From assembly GCA_965208675.1 (NCBI GenBank), contig OZ242351.1, positions 2,208,001 to 2,272,000 on the forward strand: a stretch of DNA of 64,000 nucleotides, read 5' to 3'. A program made the position numbers and the translations under genes. Positions 36,498-45,634 of the stretch are shown here, piece after piece. This DNA comes from Candidatus Poribacteria bacterium. Its GTDB lineage: Bacteria; Poribacteria; WGA-4E; PCPOR2b. The notes under the pieces are model-generated. The model was not told where the DNA came from, did no database searches, and saw nothing but the letters and a program-made list of their open reading frames with translations. The stretch's first letter is position 1. Each line of letters opens with the position of its first letter.

Positions 36498-37295
36498 ATG
36501 AAAGTTACATTGGCGTTTTTGTCCATGGTGTTCGGTCTCGTTGTTTTTGGATTGATGCTAACTGCGGAAAGCGATGCAAAGATTGAATCCGTTGGCGCTT
36601 GGCTTTTGGATGAAGCTGAAGGAAATACGGTTGAGGACGTTTCCGGCAAGGGCATCAACGGAGAAATCCAGGGCGGCTATAAATACGTTCAGGGCCAGTT
36701 CGGCGAAGCGTTGGAGTTTAATGGACAGGACACGCTTGTACTGTTCGAGAACGACGATCCGAATCAGGCATTCATTCTCCACCGTGACTATGATGTTTCA
36801 TTTGTATTCTGGCTCCAACCTCTTGACGACAACCATAGATCCATTTTCTGGACAAGAGGTAATGCCGCCGATTCAGATAGATTTAATTTCTATTCAGGCC
36901 CTGGGGAAACGCTTGGGTTCGACTACAGGGAAGTGGATGGTGCGGTGATACACCTGATCAGCCAAGAGATAGCGCTTCCCCTAAAGGAATGGTCCCATCT
37001 TGCTGTCGTAAGAGCAGGTGACAATTATAAGGTATACAGAAACGGGGTGGAAGTCGCGCATAAGACAGATTCCAATCCAAAATTGCCCGAAGCTACAAGC
37101 TGGATGATGTCGGGCAGACCGAATTTTACTTTTTTCGGGCTCATGGACGAAGTCGCGTTCTTCGACTTCGCTTTGAGTGAAGCCGATATTTCCAATGTTA
37201 TGAATAATGGACTCGTAGAATTTTCCGTGGAAGTTTCTGTACAACCATCAGACAAACTCGCGGCGGCTTGGGCACGGTTAAAGACCCGGAGATAA
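36498..37295 (+). CDS. Secreted LamG/concanavalin A-like domain protein
   Basis: Signal peptide, GQFGEALEFNG, WSHLAVV, YRNG, GLMDEVAFFD; C-terminal VQPSDKLAAAWARLK. Confidence 0.85.
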   Translation: MKVTLAFLSMVFGLVVFGLMLTAESDAKIESVGAWLLDEAEGNTVEDVSGKGINGEIQGGYKYVQGQFGEALEFNGQDTLVLFENDDPNQAFILHRDYDVSFVFWLQPLDDNHRSIFWTRGNAADSDRFNFYSGPGETLGFDYREVDGAVIHLISQEIALPLKEWSHLAVVRAGDNYKVYRNGVEVAHKTDSNPKLPEATSWMMSGRPNFTFFGLMDEVAFFDFALSEADISNVMNNGLVEFSVEVSVQPSDKLAAAWARLKTRR

Positions 37296-37387
37296 CGCGG
37301 CTTCCGAGATTTAGTCTAAGCAGCGTGTGGCTTGCGGATAGATTTATGGTCTCGGGTTTATTGACATTTGCGAAGCTGTCTGTAATC

Positions 37388-37512
37388 GTAGGGGATTAAC
37401 CGAGTGAATAGCGAGGGCGATAGTGTTTATCAGGATGCCTCGCCCATTGACCTACAGGACTCCGATATCGTCTTTGATGTGTGAACAAAGGGTTGGGAGA
37501 CCCAACCCCTAC
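37388..37512. repeat. GTAG/CTAC REP-like element
   Basis: gtagggg at the 5' end and gggttgggagacccaacccctac at the 3' end. Confidence 0.55.
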
Positions 37513-37561
37513 GAAGGAACGTGTGTCTCTGCACACCTCTCGATTATCTTGTTGCAGTGAA

Positions 37562-37771
37562 ATGTCAACAGCACCTCGTGTAAAAGAACTGCAATCAGCC
37601 GTTTCCCAACTTTCGGCGGAAGAACTTGCCCGTTTCAGGGCATGGTTTGATGAATTCGATGCCGAAGTTTGGGATGGGCAGTTTGACGAAGATGTGGAAT
37701 CAGGAAAGTTAGACCGCCATGCAAACCGTGCAATTGCGGATTTTCGGACTGGGAAGTGCAAACGAATTTGA
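37562..37771 (+). CDS. Putative TA antitoxin
   Basis: VSQLSAEELARFRAWFDEFDAEVWDGQFDEDVESGKLD; overlaps a toxin remnant. Confidence 0.65.
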   Translation: MSTAPRVKELQSAVSQLSAEELARFRAWFDEFDAEVWDGQFDEDVESGKLDRHANRAIADFRTGKCKRI

Positions 37772-37930
37772 ATCACTTCGCGGCACCCTCAACCTGCGAG
37801 CGTTATCGAGAACTCTTGCAAATACTCAAGGCCAAGTAGATGAAAATTTCAGTCCGATAAAGGGAGATTCGAGACAACCATCCTTACATCTAAAGAGAGC
37901 CGGAGGGTTTTGGTGCACTAAGGTGCAGAA
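37768..37930 (+). pseudogene. Decayed RelE/ParE-like toxin
   Basis: MNHFAAPS..ERYREL (frameshift) DENFSPIKGDSRQPSLHLKRAGGFW, then lost; same PSLxxK motif as the toxin at 34918. Confidence 0.6.
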
Positions 37931-38123
37931 AGCGTTTGTTGCGATGCTTGAAATAAACCGGGACTTGTGTTAAGATTTCAGGTTGAGGGGGAGTTGCTAA
38001 TTTCGGCGGGTTTGGCCGCGGAGTTTTGGGTTTCATCTCAAATCATCTTGAGCGGCGTGAAAGGTCACGCCGCGCCGAATGTAACGTGTTACACATATCA
38101 ATCCGTTGTCGAAGAGGAGAAGT

Positions 38124-39173
38124 ATGAAACAAATTTGCCGCGTCTCGAGAAATTACCCCTTTTGGGCATTAGGACTACTTTTTATCTGTAGTTGCGACTT
38201 GGTTCAAGAACTTATCATCTCGGAACCATCAAGCGGAATGGATCCTGGATCAATTCATGTGACCATGGTGTATCCAAGCGATTGCGTTGGGGATTCATCA
38301 TATTGTGATAGTTTCCATATTGGGGTTAGGAAGGCGGAGGCGGAACTTGGAATAAGCCTGACCGAGTTAGACGGCATGGAGAGCGATCCGGCAGCAACAG
38401 AGATGGTTTTGAGAGAAGCCGCACAGAATTCAGCCCTCGTTTTAGCGGCAGGTTACCAGATGGGCCCGCCGCTCGCGCGCGCGGCAGCCGAATTTCCTGA
38501 TGTCAAATTTGCGATTTTTGATGTTGTGCTTGACGTTCCGAACGTAGCCTCGATTAACTATAAGGCGAACGAAGGTTCATTTCTGGTTGGTGCGATTGCA
38601 GCTTTAAAGTCAGAGAGCGGAAAAATTGGATATATCGGCGGCGCGGATGTTCCGTTATTACACGAATTTGAAGCCGGTTACGCCGCCGGGATTCGCGCTG
38701 TCAATCCGGATGCAGAGGTTGCCATTGAATATATCAGCGAGAACGAAGCGGGTTTCGGCCAGCCGGACAGAGCGAAAGAGATAGCGCTGGCACAATATGA
38801 GAGCGGCGTCGATGTTATATACGTCGCTGCCGGCGGATCGGGTCAAGGTGTGCTTGAAGCCGCCCAAGAGCAGAGGAAATTTATCATTTGGGTTGACTCT
38901 AACGGAAATCATCTCGCGCCCGGAATCGTCTTGACGAGTATGGTCAAAGAGCTTTCGGCTTCTGTGGAGCGAGTGATCGGTGAAACCGCTGACGGCAATT
39001 TTATGGCAGGTGTCCGATATCTCGGACTTGAAGATGGCGGTGTCAGCTATGCTCTTGATGAATATAATCAGTCGTTGCTGTCAGATGAGATTTTACAGAC
39101 CGTTGAATCATTGAAGGCGCAAATTATCGCCGGCGACATTGATGTTCCGAATGAAGTCTCACTTCCCCGTTGA
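38124..39173 (+). CDS. BMP family ABC substrate-binding lipoprotein (nucleoside-binding type)
   Basis: Lipoprotein-like signal, NEGSFLVGAIAA, KIGYIGG, FEAGY, DVIYVAAGGSGQG, IWVD. Confidence 0.88.
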   Translation: MKQICRVSRNYPFWALGLLFICSCDLVQELIISEPSSGMDPGSIHVTMVYPSDCVGDSSYCDSFHIGVRKAEAELGISLTELDGMESDPAATEMVLREAAQNSALVLAAGYQMGPPLARAAAEFPDVKFAIFDVVLDVPNVASINYKANEGSFLVGAIAALKSESGKIGYIGGADVPLLHEFEAGYAAGIRAVNPDAEVAIEYISENEAGFGQPDRAKEIALAQYESGVDVIYVAAGGSGQGVLEAAQEQRKFIIWVDSNGNHLAPGIVLTSMVKELSASVERVIGETADGNFMAGVRYLGLEDGGVSYALDEYNQSLLSDEILQTVESLKAQIIAGDIDVPNEVSLPR

Positions 39174-39338
39174 CGGGACACGCCGTCGCATTAGTAACGG
39201 GTTTTTACGCCGATGGCACAATGTGTACGTGTCATTCTGCCCGATTTAAGTTTGGTAAGTATCTCCGACACTGAGTTACAGTTCCATCTGATTTTCCACG
39301 AATATAGAAAATCGCTACGATCAGTACGGATTGGCGAA

Positions 39339-39956
39339 ATGAACTTCTTCAATCAGGAACGAAAACTCTTTGGCGATTGGCTCGAACCCGAAGCCCCGAA
39401 TCTTAGCGCACCAATTGCGACCTCGGAGGAACAGCCGCCTGAAGACAATGAATCTCACGCAGCGGACAACGCGAAACAGGGCACGCTCATCTTTACTAAT
39501 CGAGCGTGTCTTTTTTCGCAAGAGGAGTTGAATTCCTTTTTCAACCAGATCTCAGGGCAGATTCGCGGCGAGAAGAAACGCGGGCGAATACCGACAGCGG
39601 ATGAAATTCGCGGTCGCTATGAGCAGGGACGTTGTGTCATGGGTGCCGCTGATAGTCAAGTGTGGGGATATACGTGTATCGTACCAATCACGGAAGAGAT
39701 TGATGTTCTTGAAACAACGATTCAGCGTGATTTCCAAAATACCCAACCCACGAAACAGTTAGTCGACCTCCTGTCGCAGGGGTTGCTGCACCCAGAGAAA
39801 AACGCCTTCGCGCTCTCGTGGACATCTTATACCAAACGACTTTACGGTAAGTTGGGCTGGTTACCTTGTAATATTAAAATGCTGGATTCCGGTACGAAAG
39901 AAGCACTTAAAACATACGATGACGTCGTCGACCAATACAACATTTTCATACCTTGA
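39339..39956 (+). CDS. Hypothetical protein with a degenerate GNAT-like C-terminal domain
   Basis: VWGYTCI, RDFQNTQPTKQLV and LYGKLGW echo GNAT motifs; start uncertain. Confidence 0.45.
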   Translation: MNFFNQERKLFGDWLEPEAPNLSAPIATSEEQPPEDNESHAADNAKQGTLIFTNRACLFSQEELNSFFNQISGQIRGEKKRGRIPTADEIRGRYEQGRCVMGAADSQVWGYTCIVPITEEIDVLETTIQRDFQNTQPTKQLVDLLSQGLLHPEKNAFALSWTSYTKRLYGKLGWLPCNIKMLDSGTKEALKTYDDVVDQYNIFIP

Positions 39957-40022
39957 TATGAATACTAGAGACGCGTTATGATGAGGGTTATCACTTCAGT
40001 CTTTATTTCCCATTCCTAGCAC

Positions 40023-40709
40023 ATGAAATCATCCCCCGGTAACCCGCTGTTTAGTTTGGTCGCGGAAAGTGTAGCCTACCAAGACACTGTTGCGCTAAAG
40101 AATATCACGCTGCAAATCGACAGGGGCGAAAAGGTCGCGCTAGTAGGTCCGAGCGGCGCCGGCAAAACCACATTACTTCGTACACTCTACGAAAGCGTCG
40201 AGGGTCAGCCTTCATTCGTTCATCAACACTATTCCCTTGTGCCGCAACTCTCCGCATTTCACAACGTCTATATTGGACGGCTCGATCGATATTCCACAGC
40301 ATACAACCTCTTGAACCTGATAAAACCGCAGAAAAAATCTTTGCAAGAGATTGTTCCTATCCTGCGCGAGTTGGGCATGGATGAGAAGACTTTTGATAAG
40401 GCTGGTGCGTTGTCTGGAGGACAAAAACAGCGGGTCGCTGTCGCCCGCGCGATTTACCGGGGCGAGGATATCCTGTTGGCGGATGAGCCGGTGTCTTCCG
40501 TGGACCCGCATCAGGCAGGCACGGTGATGGAACTCATTATGCAGAATGCAGAAACCGTTGTGGTGTCGCTGCACGCCGTGGAATTCGCCCTGAAGTTCTC
40601 ACAGCGGATGGTCGGGCTTCGCGGCGGAGAGGTTCAATTCGATCTGCCAGCCGAGGCGGTGACCCAGATGATGCTTACGGAACTGTATCGCAATGAGAAT
40701 GCCCATTGA
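40023..40709 (+). CDS. PhnC-like ABC ATP-binding protein
   Basis: GPSGAGKTT, LSAFHNVYIGRL, LSGGQKQR, LADEPVSSVDP. Confidence 0.9.
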   Translation: MKSSPGNPLFSLVAESVAYQDTVALKNITLQIDRGEKVALVGPSGAGKTTLLRTLYESVEGQPSFVHQHYSLVPQLSAFHNVYIGRLDRYSTAYNLLNLIKPQKKSLQEIVPILRELGMDEKTFDKAGALSGGQKQRVAVARAIYRGEDILLADEPVSSVDPHQAGTVMELIMQNAETVVVSLHAVEFALKFSQRMVGLRGGEVQFDLPAEAVTQMMLTELYRNENAH

Positions 40710-40741
40710 ATTCATGACGTTTCAAAGGGAATACTGCCGCC

Positions 40742-42232
40742 ATGTTGAGAACCAGCCTTGTCTTCTTCGCCATAGCGTTGATTGCTGTCCTACTGGCAGA
40801 CCTTGAAATCTCCACACTTCACCCCTGGACCGAACTGGGCCAACTTGCTTGGGGGGCAATCACTCCGGATATTCCTGCCCTGTGGGGTTTTAAATCTGCA
40901 GTGCTCAACACAGTAATCTTTGCTGTCTGCGGTACGTTTCTTGCGGTTGTGCTCGGCATCGGATTAGCCTTCGTTTTTCGTTTTATGGCTGTCAGGTTGT
41001 TCTGCGCTTTCATCCGCGCCATTCACGAGATATTCTGGGCATTTATCTTTCTGCCTATTGTTGGCTTAAATTCAACCTGCGGCGTGCTCGCCATTGCGAT
41101 TCCTTATGCGGGCATCTTTGCCAAGGTATATGCGGAGATTATTCAGGAATCGGATCGGGGCCCGCTTGAAGGCGTTCCTAAAGGGGCTGCGGGTTTGAGC
41201 CGTTTTGTTTACGGTATTCTCCCGGTCATCTATGCCGACACCAAACACTACACCAGCTACCGTTTCGAGTGCGCCCTGCGTTCTAGCGCTATTCTCGGAT
41301 TCATCGGACTGCCGACGCTCGGATTCCATCTTGAGACTGCGTTTCGAGAAGGTTTGTACTCGGAGGCGTGGGCACTGCTCTACGCCTTCTACATCTTGAT
41401 TGCCTCGCTCAGGTACTGGGTCAAGCCGCGTCTTGCCGCACTTTACATTGCAACGTCGTTCGTGTTGTTGTCGAAGACAATCAACGTGTCATGGGAGAAC
41501 ATCGTCCGCTTTTTCACCTATGACATCCTGCCGTGGCCAATGCGCCGGGATGGTATCCACGACGGATCACACGACGTTTCGTTTGTGTGGGAATCAATTC
41601 CTGGCTGGGCGCACAAAATTTTCGTTCAGGAGGCTTGGGAAGGAATAGGGAACACCGTAATATTGACCCAAATTGTGTTGGTTGGGACAGGCGTATTTGC
41701 GCTATTGAGTTTTCCATTCGCGTGCCGGCACTTCTCGGGGAAAATCGTCAATCGGATCTCGCACTTCGGGCTGGTTGTCATCCGCACGACTCCGGAGTAC
41801 ATGCTCGCGTATATCCTTGTACAGCTCTGGGGACCGTCAATGCTCCCGGCTGTTTGGGCGATTCTTCTGCACAACGGAGCAATTCTTGCGTTCCTGACTA
41901 GCAACAACGCCGATTTGGTCTCTCCCAGAATAGATACGCCCCATAGACGGATAGACCGGTATTTGTTCGAATTCTTGCCGCGCGTATACGGCCAATTCCT
42001 CGCGTTCCTGTTTTACCGATGGGAGGTGATGATGCGGGAGTCCGCCATTCTTGGGATTCTCGGCATATACACGCTTGGATTCTACATTGAGAGCGCAATT
42101 TCCGATGATCAGATTGATAAAGTAGTTCTGCTGATACTCATCACGGCGCTGCTCAACATGGGTATCGATTCCGTGTCACAGTTTGTACGTCGGCGCCTTA
42201 AGATTTCTACGAAACTAGTCACGTCTTCGTAA
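40742..42232 (+). CDS. PhnE/PtxC-like ABC permease with two fused domains
   Basis: IRAIHEIFWA...YRFECALRSSAILG and IRTTPEY...YRWEVMMRESAILG. Confidence 0.88.
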   Translation: MLRTSLVFFAIALIAVLLADLEISTLHPWTELGQLAWGAITPDIPALWGFKSAVLNTVIFAVCGTFLAVVLGIGLAFVFRFMAVRLFCAFIRAIHEIFWAFIFLPIVGLNSTCGVLAIAIPYAGIFAKVYAEIIQESDRGPLEGVPKGAAGLSRFVYGILPVIYADTKHYTSYRFECALRSSAILGFIGLPTLGFHLETAFREGLYSEAWALLYAFYILIASLRYWVKPRLAALYIATSFVLLSKTINVSWENIVRFFTYDILPWPMRRDGIHDGSHDVSFVWESIPGWAHKIFVQEAWEGIGNTVILTQIVLVGTGVFALLSFPFACRHFSGKIVNRISHFGLVVIRTTPEYMLAYILVQLWGPSMLPAVWAILLHNGAILAFLTSNNADLVSPRIDTPHRRIDRYLFEFLPRVYGQFLAFLFYRWEVMMRESAILGILGIYTLGFYIESAISDDQIDKVVLLILITALLNMGIDSVSQFVRRRLKISTKLVTSS

Positions 42233-42411
42233 GAGGACTACCTACGGCTTGTCAATAACAACGAACCATTTCGCATTAATTTTCGTTATCGTGTTCGATG
42301 GTAACGATTTCCCTGTTACAGGATTTCAGATATTCTTCGCGGTATTTCACAATAATGGTGTACATCGCATAACCACTTAACTGGCTTACAATGAAAGGAG
42401 AATCGACTTAA

Positions 42412-43104
42412 ATGACTGAGAAGGAAGTGCTCGAAGAACTAGAGTCGCTCGGCACAGCGCAGAACCGAAAAATCTATAAACGCCACGGCGCCGATGAGAC
42501 GGTCTACGGCGTCAGTTTTGCAAATTTGAGGAAGATGCACAAACGGATTAAGGTCGACCATGCGTTGGCGTTAAAGCTCTGGGAAACGGGCCAGCTTGAA
42601 GCCCGCCTCATCGCCTCCATGATTGCTGACCCAAAGTTGACGGATGAGGCTCTGCTTGACGCTTGGGCGAGAGACTTGAACAGTGGTATGGTAGCCGGTG
42701 AATTCGTAGAACACGTCAGCAAAACACCATTTACCCGCGCCAAAATGAAGCAGTGGTGTGACTCGGAGGGGGAATGGACTGGGCGTGCAGGCTGGCAACT
42801 TCTTGCCCATCTTGCAATGAAAGACGAAGAATTGTCCGACGAATATTTTGAAAACTATCTTCACATCATCGGGGAAGAAATTCACTTGCGGAAAAACATG
42901 GTGAGGGACGCCATGAATTCAACGCTCATCGCCATTGGGATTCGCAACAGCAAATTGGAGAAACAGGCGCTTGCAGTTGCTGCGAAAATCGGGAAGGTAG
43001 ATGTCGATCACGGGGAAACGAGTTGCAAGACGCCTGACGCCGCCGAATACATCCGTAAAACCCTCAATCGCAGGCGGCAGAAGAAGAAGAAATCAGCAGC
43101 TTAA
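42412..43104 (+). CDS. DNA alkylation repair protein (AlkD-like HEAT repeat)
   Basis: YGVSFANLR..IKVDHALALKLWETG..EAR, MNSTLIAIG, VDHGETSCKTPDA. Confidence 0.85.
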   Translation: MTEKEVLEELESLGTAQNRKIYKRHGADETVYGVSFANLRKMHKRIKVDHALALKLWETGQLEARLIASMIADPKLTDEALLDAWARDLNSGMVAGEFVEHVSKTPFTRAKMKQWCDSEGEWTGRAGWQLLAHLAMKDEELSDEYFENYLHIIGEEIHLRKNMVRDAMNSTLIAIGIRNSKLEKQALAVAAKIGKVDVDHGETSCKTPDAAEYIRKTLNRRRQKKKKSAA

Positions 43105-43419
43105 CCGCTGTTTAAGACGGCTCAAAATTGGAATAATGGAGCGGCACACAAAACGAATGTGCGGTATGAACCGTTTGCATTTACGGATTTGCGCCGTGCC
43201 AAATGCGTGGATTCTATCATTTCGTGGAGTCAACGCCCTCCGATTTGAAAATGTGCCACCCAAATACAGTGCTTGCCGGCTGAAAAACACGCTAAAATGA
43301 TTAATTTCATTGCGCCATGAGACATCACCAAGGATTCATGGCTCGTTTTTATATTTTGACTACATTTTATGATATTTTAAATGATTGTGGTGAATATGTA
43401 TGAATATTTGCATTATGAC

Positions 43420-43448
43420 TTGACATACATTTATAACTATGTTATATT
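43420..43448 (+). promoter_or_regulatory. Sigma70-type promoter with extended -10
   Basis: TTGACA-N17-TATATT, preceded by TG. Confidence 0.55.
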
Positions 43449-43541
43449 CTATTTGCAGCAACCGATTGATTCAATCATCACATCAACCTCTAGGATGAAA
43501 TTTATCTTGCGAATGATACCGGAAAAATGCACATACAGTTA

Positions 43542-43617
43542 TTTGCCGTCCCTTTTGGGATTGGAAGGCAATAAAATTAAGGGCGCACCCTTACGATCGC
43601 AGGTGTCGGACGGCAAA
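43542..43617 (+). ncRNA. Candidate structured 5' leader (three-way junction)
   Basis: Perfect 10-bp closing stem tttgccgtcc/ggacggcaaa enclosing two hairpins; 30 nt upstream of ATG 43648. Confidence 0.4.
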
Positions 43618-43647
43618 ACAAAAAATGAAGAATTAGAGGAGTTCTAA

Positions 43648-43884
43648 ATGACAGAGATGATCTTGATGCTAGTAATTGTATTTGGAAGTATTATGGTTAC
43701 AACGCTTGGCTGTGTCTGGATGGGCACGTCTTACTCTTCAAAGAAACGGGGTTATATAACGGGCGCGTCCGAACGCGAGATAAAGCAACTACATGAACAA
43801 GTGGTGCAAATTCAGCAAGATGTCAGGTTTCTACAAAAAGAGGTGAAATCGCTCATCAAGATCGCAAAAGGCATTATAGAGTAA
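43648..43884 (+). CDS. Small single-pass membrane protein with C-terminal coiled coil
   Basis: RBS GAGGAG, N-terminal TM, heptad IKQLHEQVVQIQQDVRFLQKEV. Confidence 0.7.
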   Translation: MTEMILMLVIVFGSIMVTTLGCVWMGTSYSSKKRGYITGASEREIKQLHEQVVQIQQDVRFLQKEVKSLIKIAKGIIE

Positions 43885-43898
43885 GGGAGGGATGTTGA

Positions 43899-44240
43899 AT
43901 GGCACTAGTGCTTCTACTACTTTTTCTAGGGTTGATGCTCTTTTTCCTCATCAAATTTTCAGTGATTATTGCGGCGATGGCAGCGATAGTTTTGGGGAGC
44001 ATAACGGTTACGGTGCTTGCAATTGTCTGGTTGGCAACATCGCGTTCGCTTAAAAGAGCGGGAAAATTCCCGTACAGCGGACAAATGACCTATCAACAAA
44101 TACAAGCAGATTTAAGTCAGATTTCTGAGGATTTGAACGGCATTCGCTGGCAGTTGCAAGACATCGCCCCGCGATTGCATGATATGGAATTTTTGAAGTA
44201 TGCGCGGCGAGAGGACACTGATCAAGGTACTCCTCAATAG
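43899..44240 (+). CDS. Small membrane protein with coiled coil, paralog of the upstream gene
   Basis: IVLGSITVTVLAIVWLATS vs IVFGSIMVTTLGCVWMGTS; RBS GGGAGG. Confidence 0.7.
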   Translation: MALVLLLLFLGLMLFFLIKFSVIIAAMAAIVLGSITVTVLAIVWLATSRSLKRAGKFPYSGQMTYQQIQADLSQISEDLNGIRWQLQDIAPRLHDMEFLKYARREDTDQGTPQ

Positions 44241-44400
44241 ACATGTCTACTGGGGTTGTAGATTTCTGATTGCCTAGAAACTGCGGCAAACAACAATCAC
44301 TAAAAACTTAACTAAAATCGTGGTAGGGATTTGCACAACAAAGGTGGACTATTGGATAAACCCACACAATAAATCGGAATCCGCACGAACAGATTTGCCG

Positions 44401-44586
44401 CTAAGATTGGCGTTTTTCTAGCGTCCTTCCGACAAAGAATATGAGTATGCCTAAAACCAACGAACCCATCTCGGCGCCCATCGCTTTGCCTTCGCTTAGT
44501 CCATGTGGATTGACACAACCAATATACAAACCTGCCCCGAGTAATGCCATGCCGATTAGTTCTAGCGTTTTGCCGAGATAAAACAC
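44401..44586 (-). CDS. Small two-TM membrane protein
   Basis: GTG start after GGAGG; MFYLGKTLELIGM...LIFFVGRTLEKR. Confidence 0.6.
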   Translation of the reverse strand: MFYLGKTLELIGMALLGAGLYIGCVNPHGLSEGKAMGAEMGSLVLGILIFFVGRTLEKRQS

Positions 44587-44639
44587 GGTGCCTCCGGGGA
44601 CAAATGAAACATCAAGAATCGGCAATCTCATGCACGGGT

Positions 44640-45350
44640 TTAGTAAAGACTTTTGATGCTGCCCCACTGCATAGCCTTCAGGTTGGCGTCTAGCTTTAGC
44701 TTGGAAGTGAACACCAAATCCGCGAGTGTGTTATCTTCAGTGGACGCGATTGGCGCCCAGCGAATTTTATGATTCAGACGCCCGCCGTCCACGTCGTTAT
44801 ATAAGATGCCAAATCCGATCGCATCATCCTTTTTCGGGGACTGCCCTAAGTTAACACTCAATTCGCAGGATTGTCCATCATCACCCCAAGCTACCATAAT
44901 GATGGGTGAGTTAGGGTCCGGGTTGTGCTCACCAGCACGAAGTGTATGATGAAAAAGGTTGCTTTGGTACCCTGTATGATCTATATCAAGATATATTTCT
45001 AGATGGTCTTGGCGAGAGAGTTTTTCCTCGTGGGTTTCGACTAGATCGTCAGTCAACTTGATTGCGATGTAAAGGAAACTATTACGCCACACAGCGACAA
45101 AGGTGCCTGTGAAGTCATCTGAGTGCTGGTTCCAGCGTTTATTTTCAATCGTATCCCACTCCAAATTTCCTAATTCTGCTGCTTCCCAGGCTGGGTCGTC
45201 GAGGAACCCATCGACCAAAGGAGCAACCTCTGCTAAATTGGCTCTATATTGAAAAGGAAATCCGGTGTCTGGATCGACGATATGGGCAAAGCCGCTACTC
45301 GCTATAGTAAGCATGAGCAAAACCGTGAAATGCTGTTTCCAATTTCTCAT
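44640..45350 (-). CDS. Secreted CBM9-like (DOMON) sugar-binding protein
   Basis: Signal peptide, VDGFLDDPAW, LYIAIKLTDD, DHLEIYLD, GFGILYNDVD; ends QWGSIKSLY. Confidence 0.7.
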   Translation of the reverse strand: MRNWKQHFTVLLMLTIASSGFAHIVDPDTGFPFQYRANLAEVAPLVDGFLDDPAWEAAELGNLEWDTIENKRWNQHSDDFTGTFVAVWRNSFLYIAIKLTDDLVETHEEKLSRQDHLEIYLDIDHTGYQSNLFHHTLRAGEHNPDPNSPIIMVAWGDDGQSCELSVNLGQSPKKDDAIGFGILYNDVDGGRLNHKIRWAPIASTEDNTLADLVFTSKLKLDANLKAMQWGSIKSLY

Positions 45351-45634
45351 ACCTTCTTCCCTTTCTCTGCAATCAAATTGGAGATTCAATAAGTTTAGTA
45401 TACTGTCAAATGAGTGGGCTGTCAAGGCAAAATAAATCGATTTATTTTAGGCGAGGCTGGATCGCACACGGGCCATACGTGCGCGCTTTATTCCTTCTCG
45501 AATCTTACCGCGCCGAAGGAAACACGCCTTCTTCAAATTGTCCGGTGCATTGCCGGCACATGTAGTGTAAAATCGGTAATCGTTATTATGAATATCCTGA
45601 ATCAAAGGCGCGTTGAATTTAGATTATTACAATC

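Noticed and set aside
38002-38079. Purine-type riboswitch ahead of the BMP lipoprotein
   Set aside because: No purine aptamer core; the strongest hairpin recurs at 36377 as a REP-like palindrome
40693-40745. Programmed frameshift linking an upstream ATG to the permease frame
   Set aside because: An in-frame ATG exists at 40742 and there is no independent support for slippage
43381-43647. 88-aa ORF across the AT-rich promoter region
   Set aside because: Overlaps promoter and leader, atypical composition, no RBS
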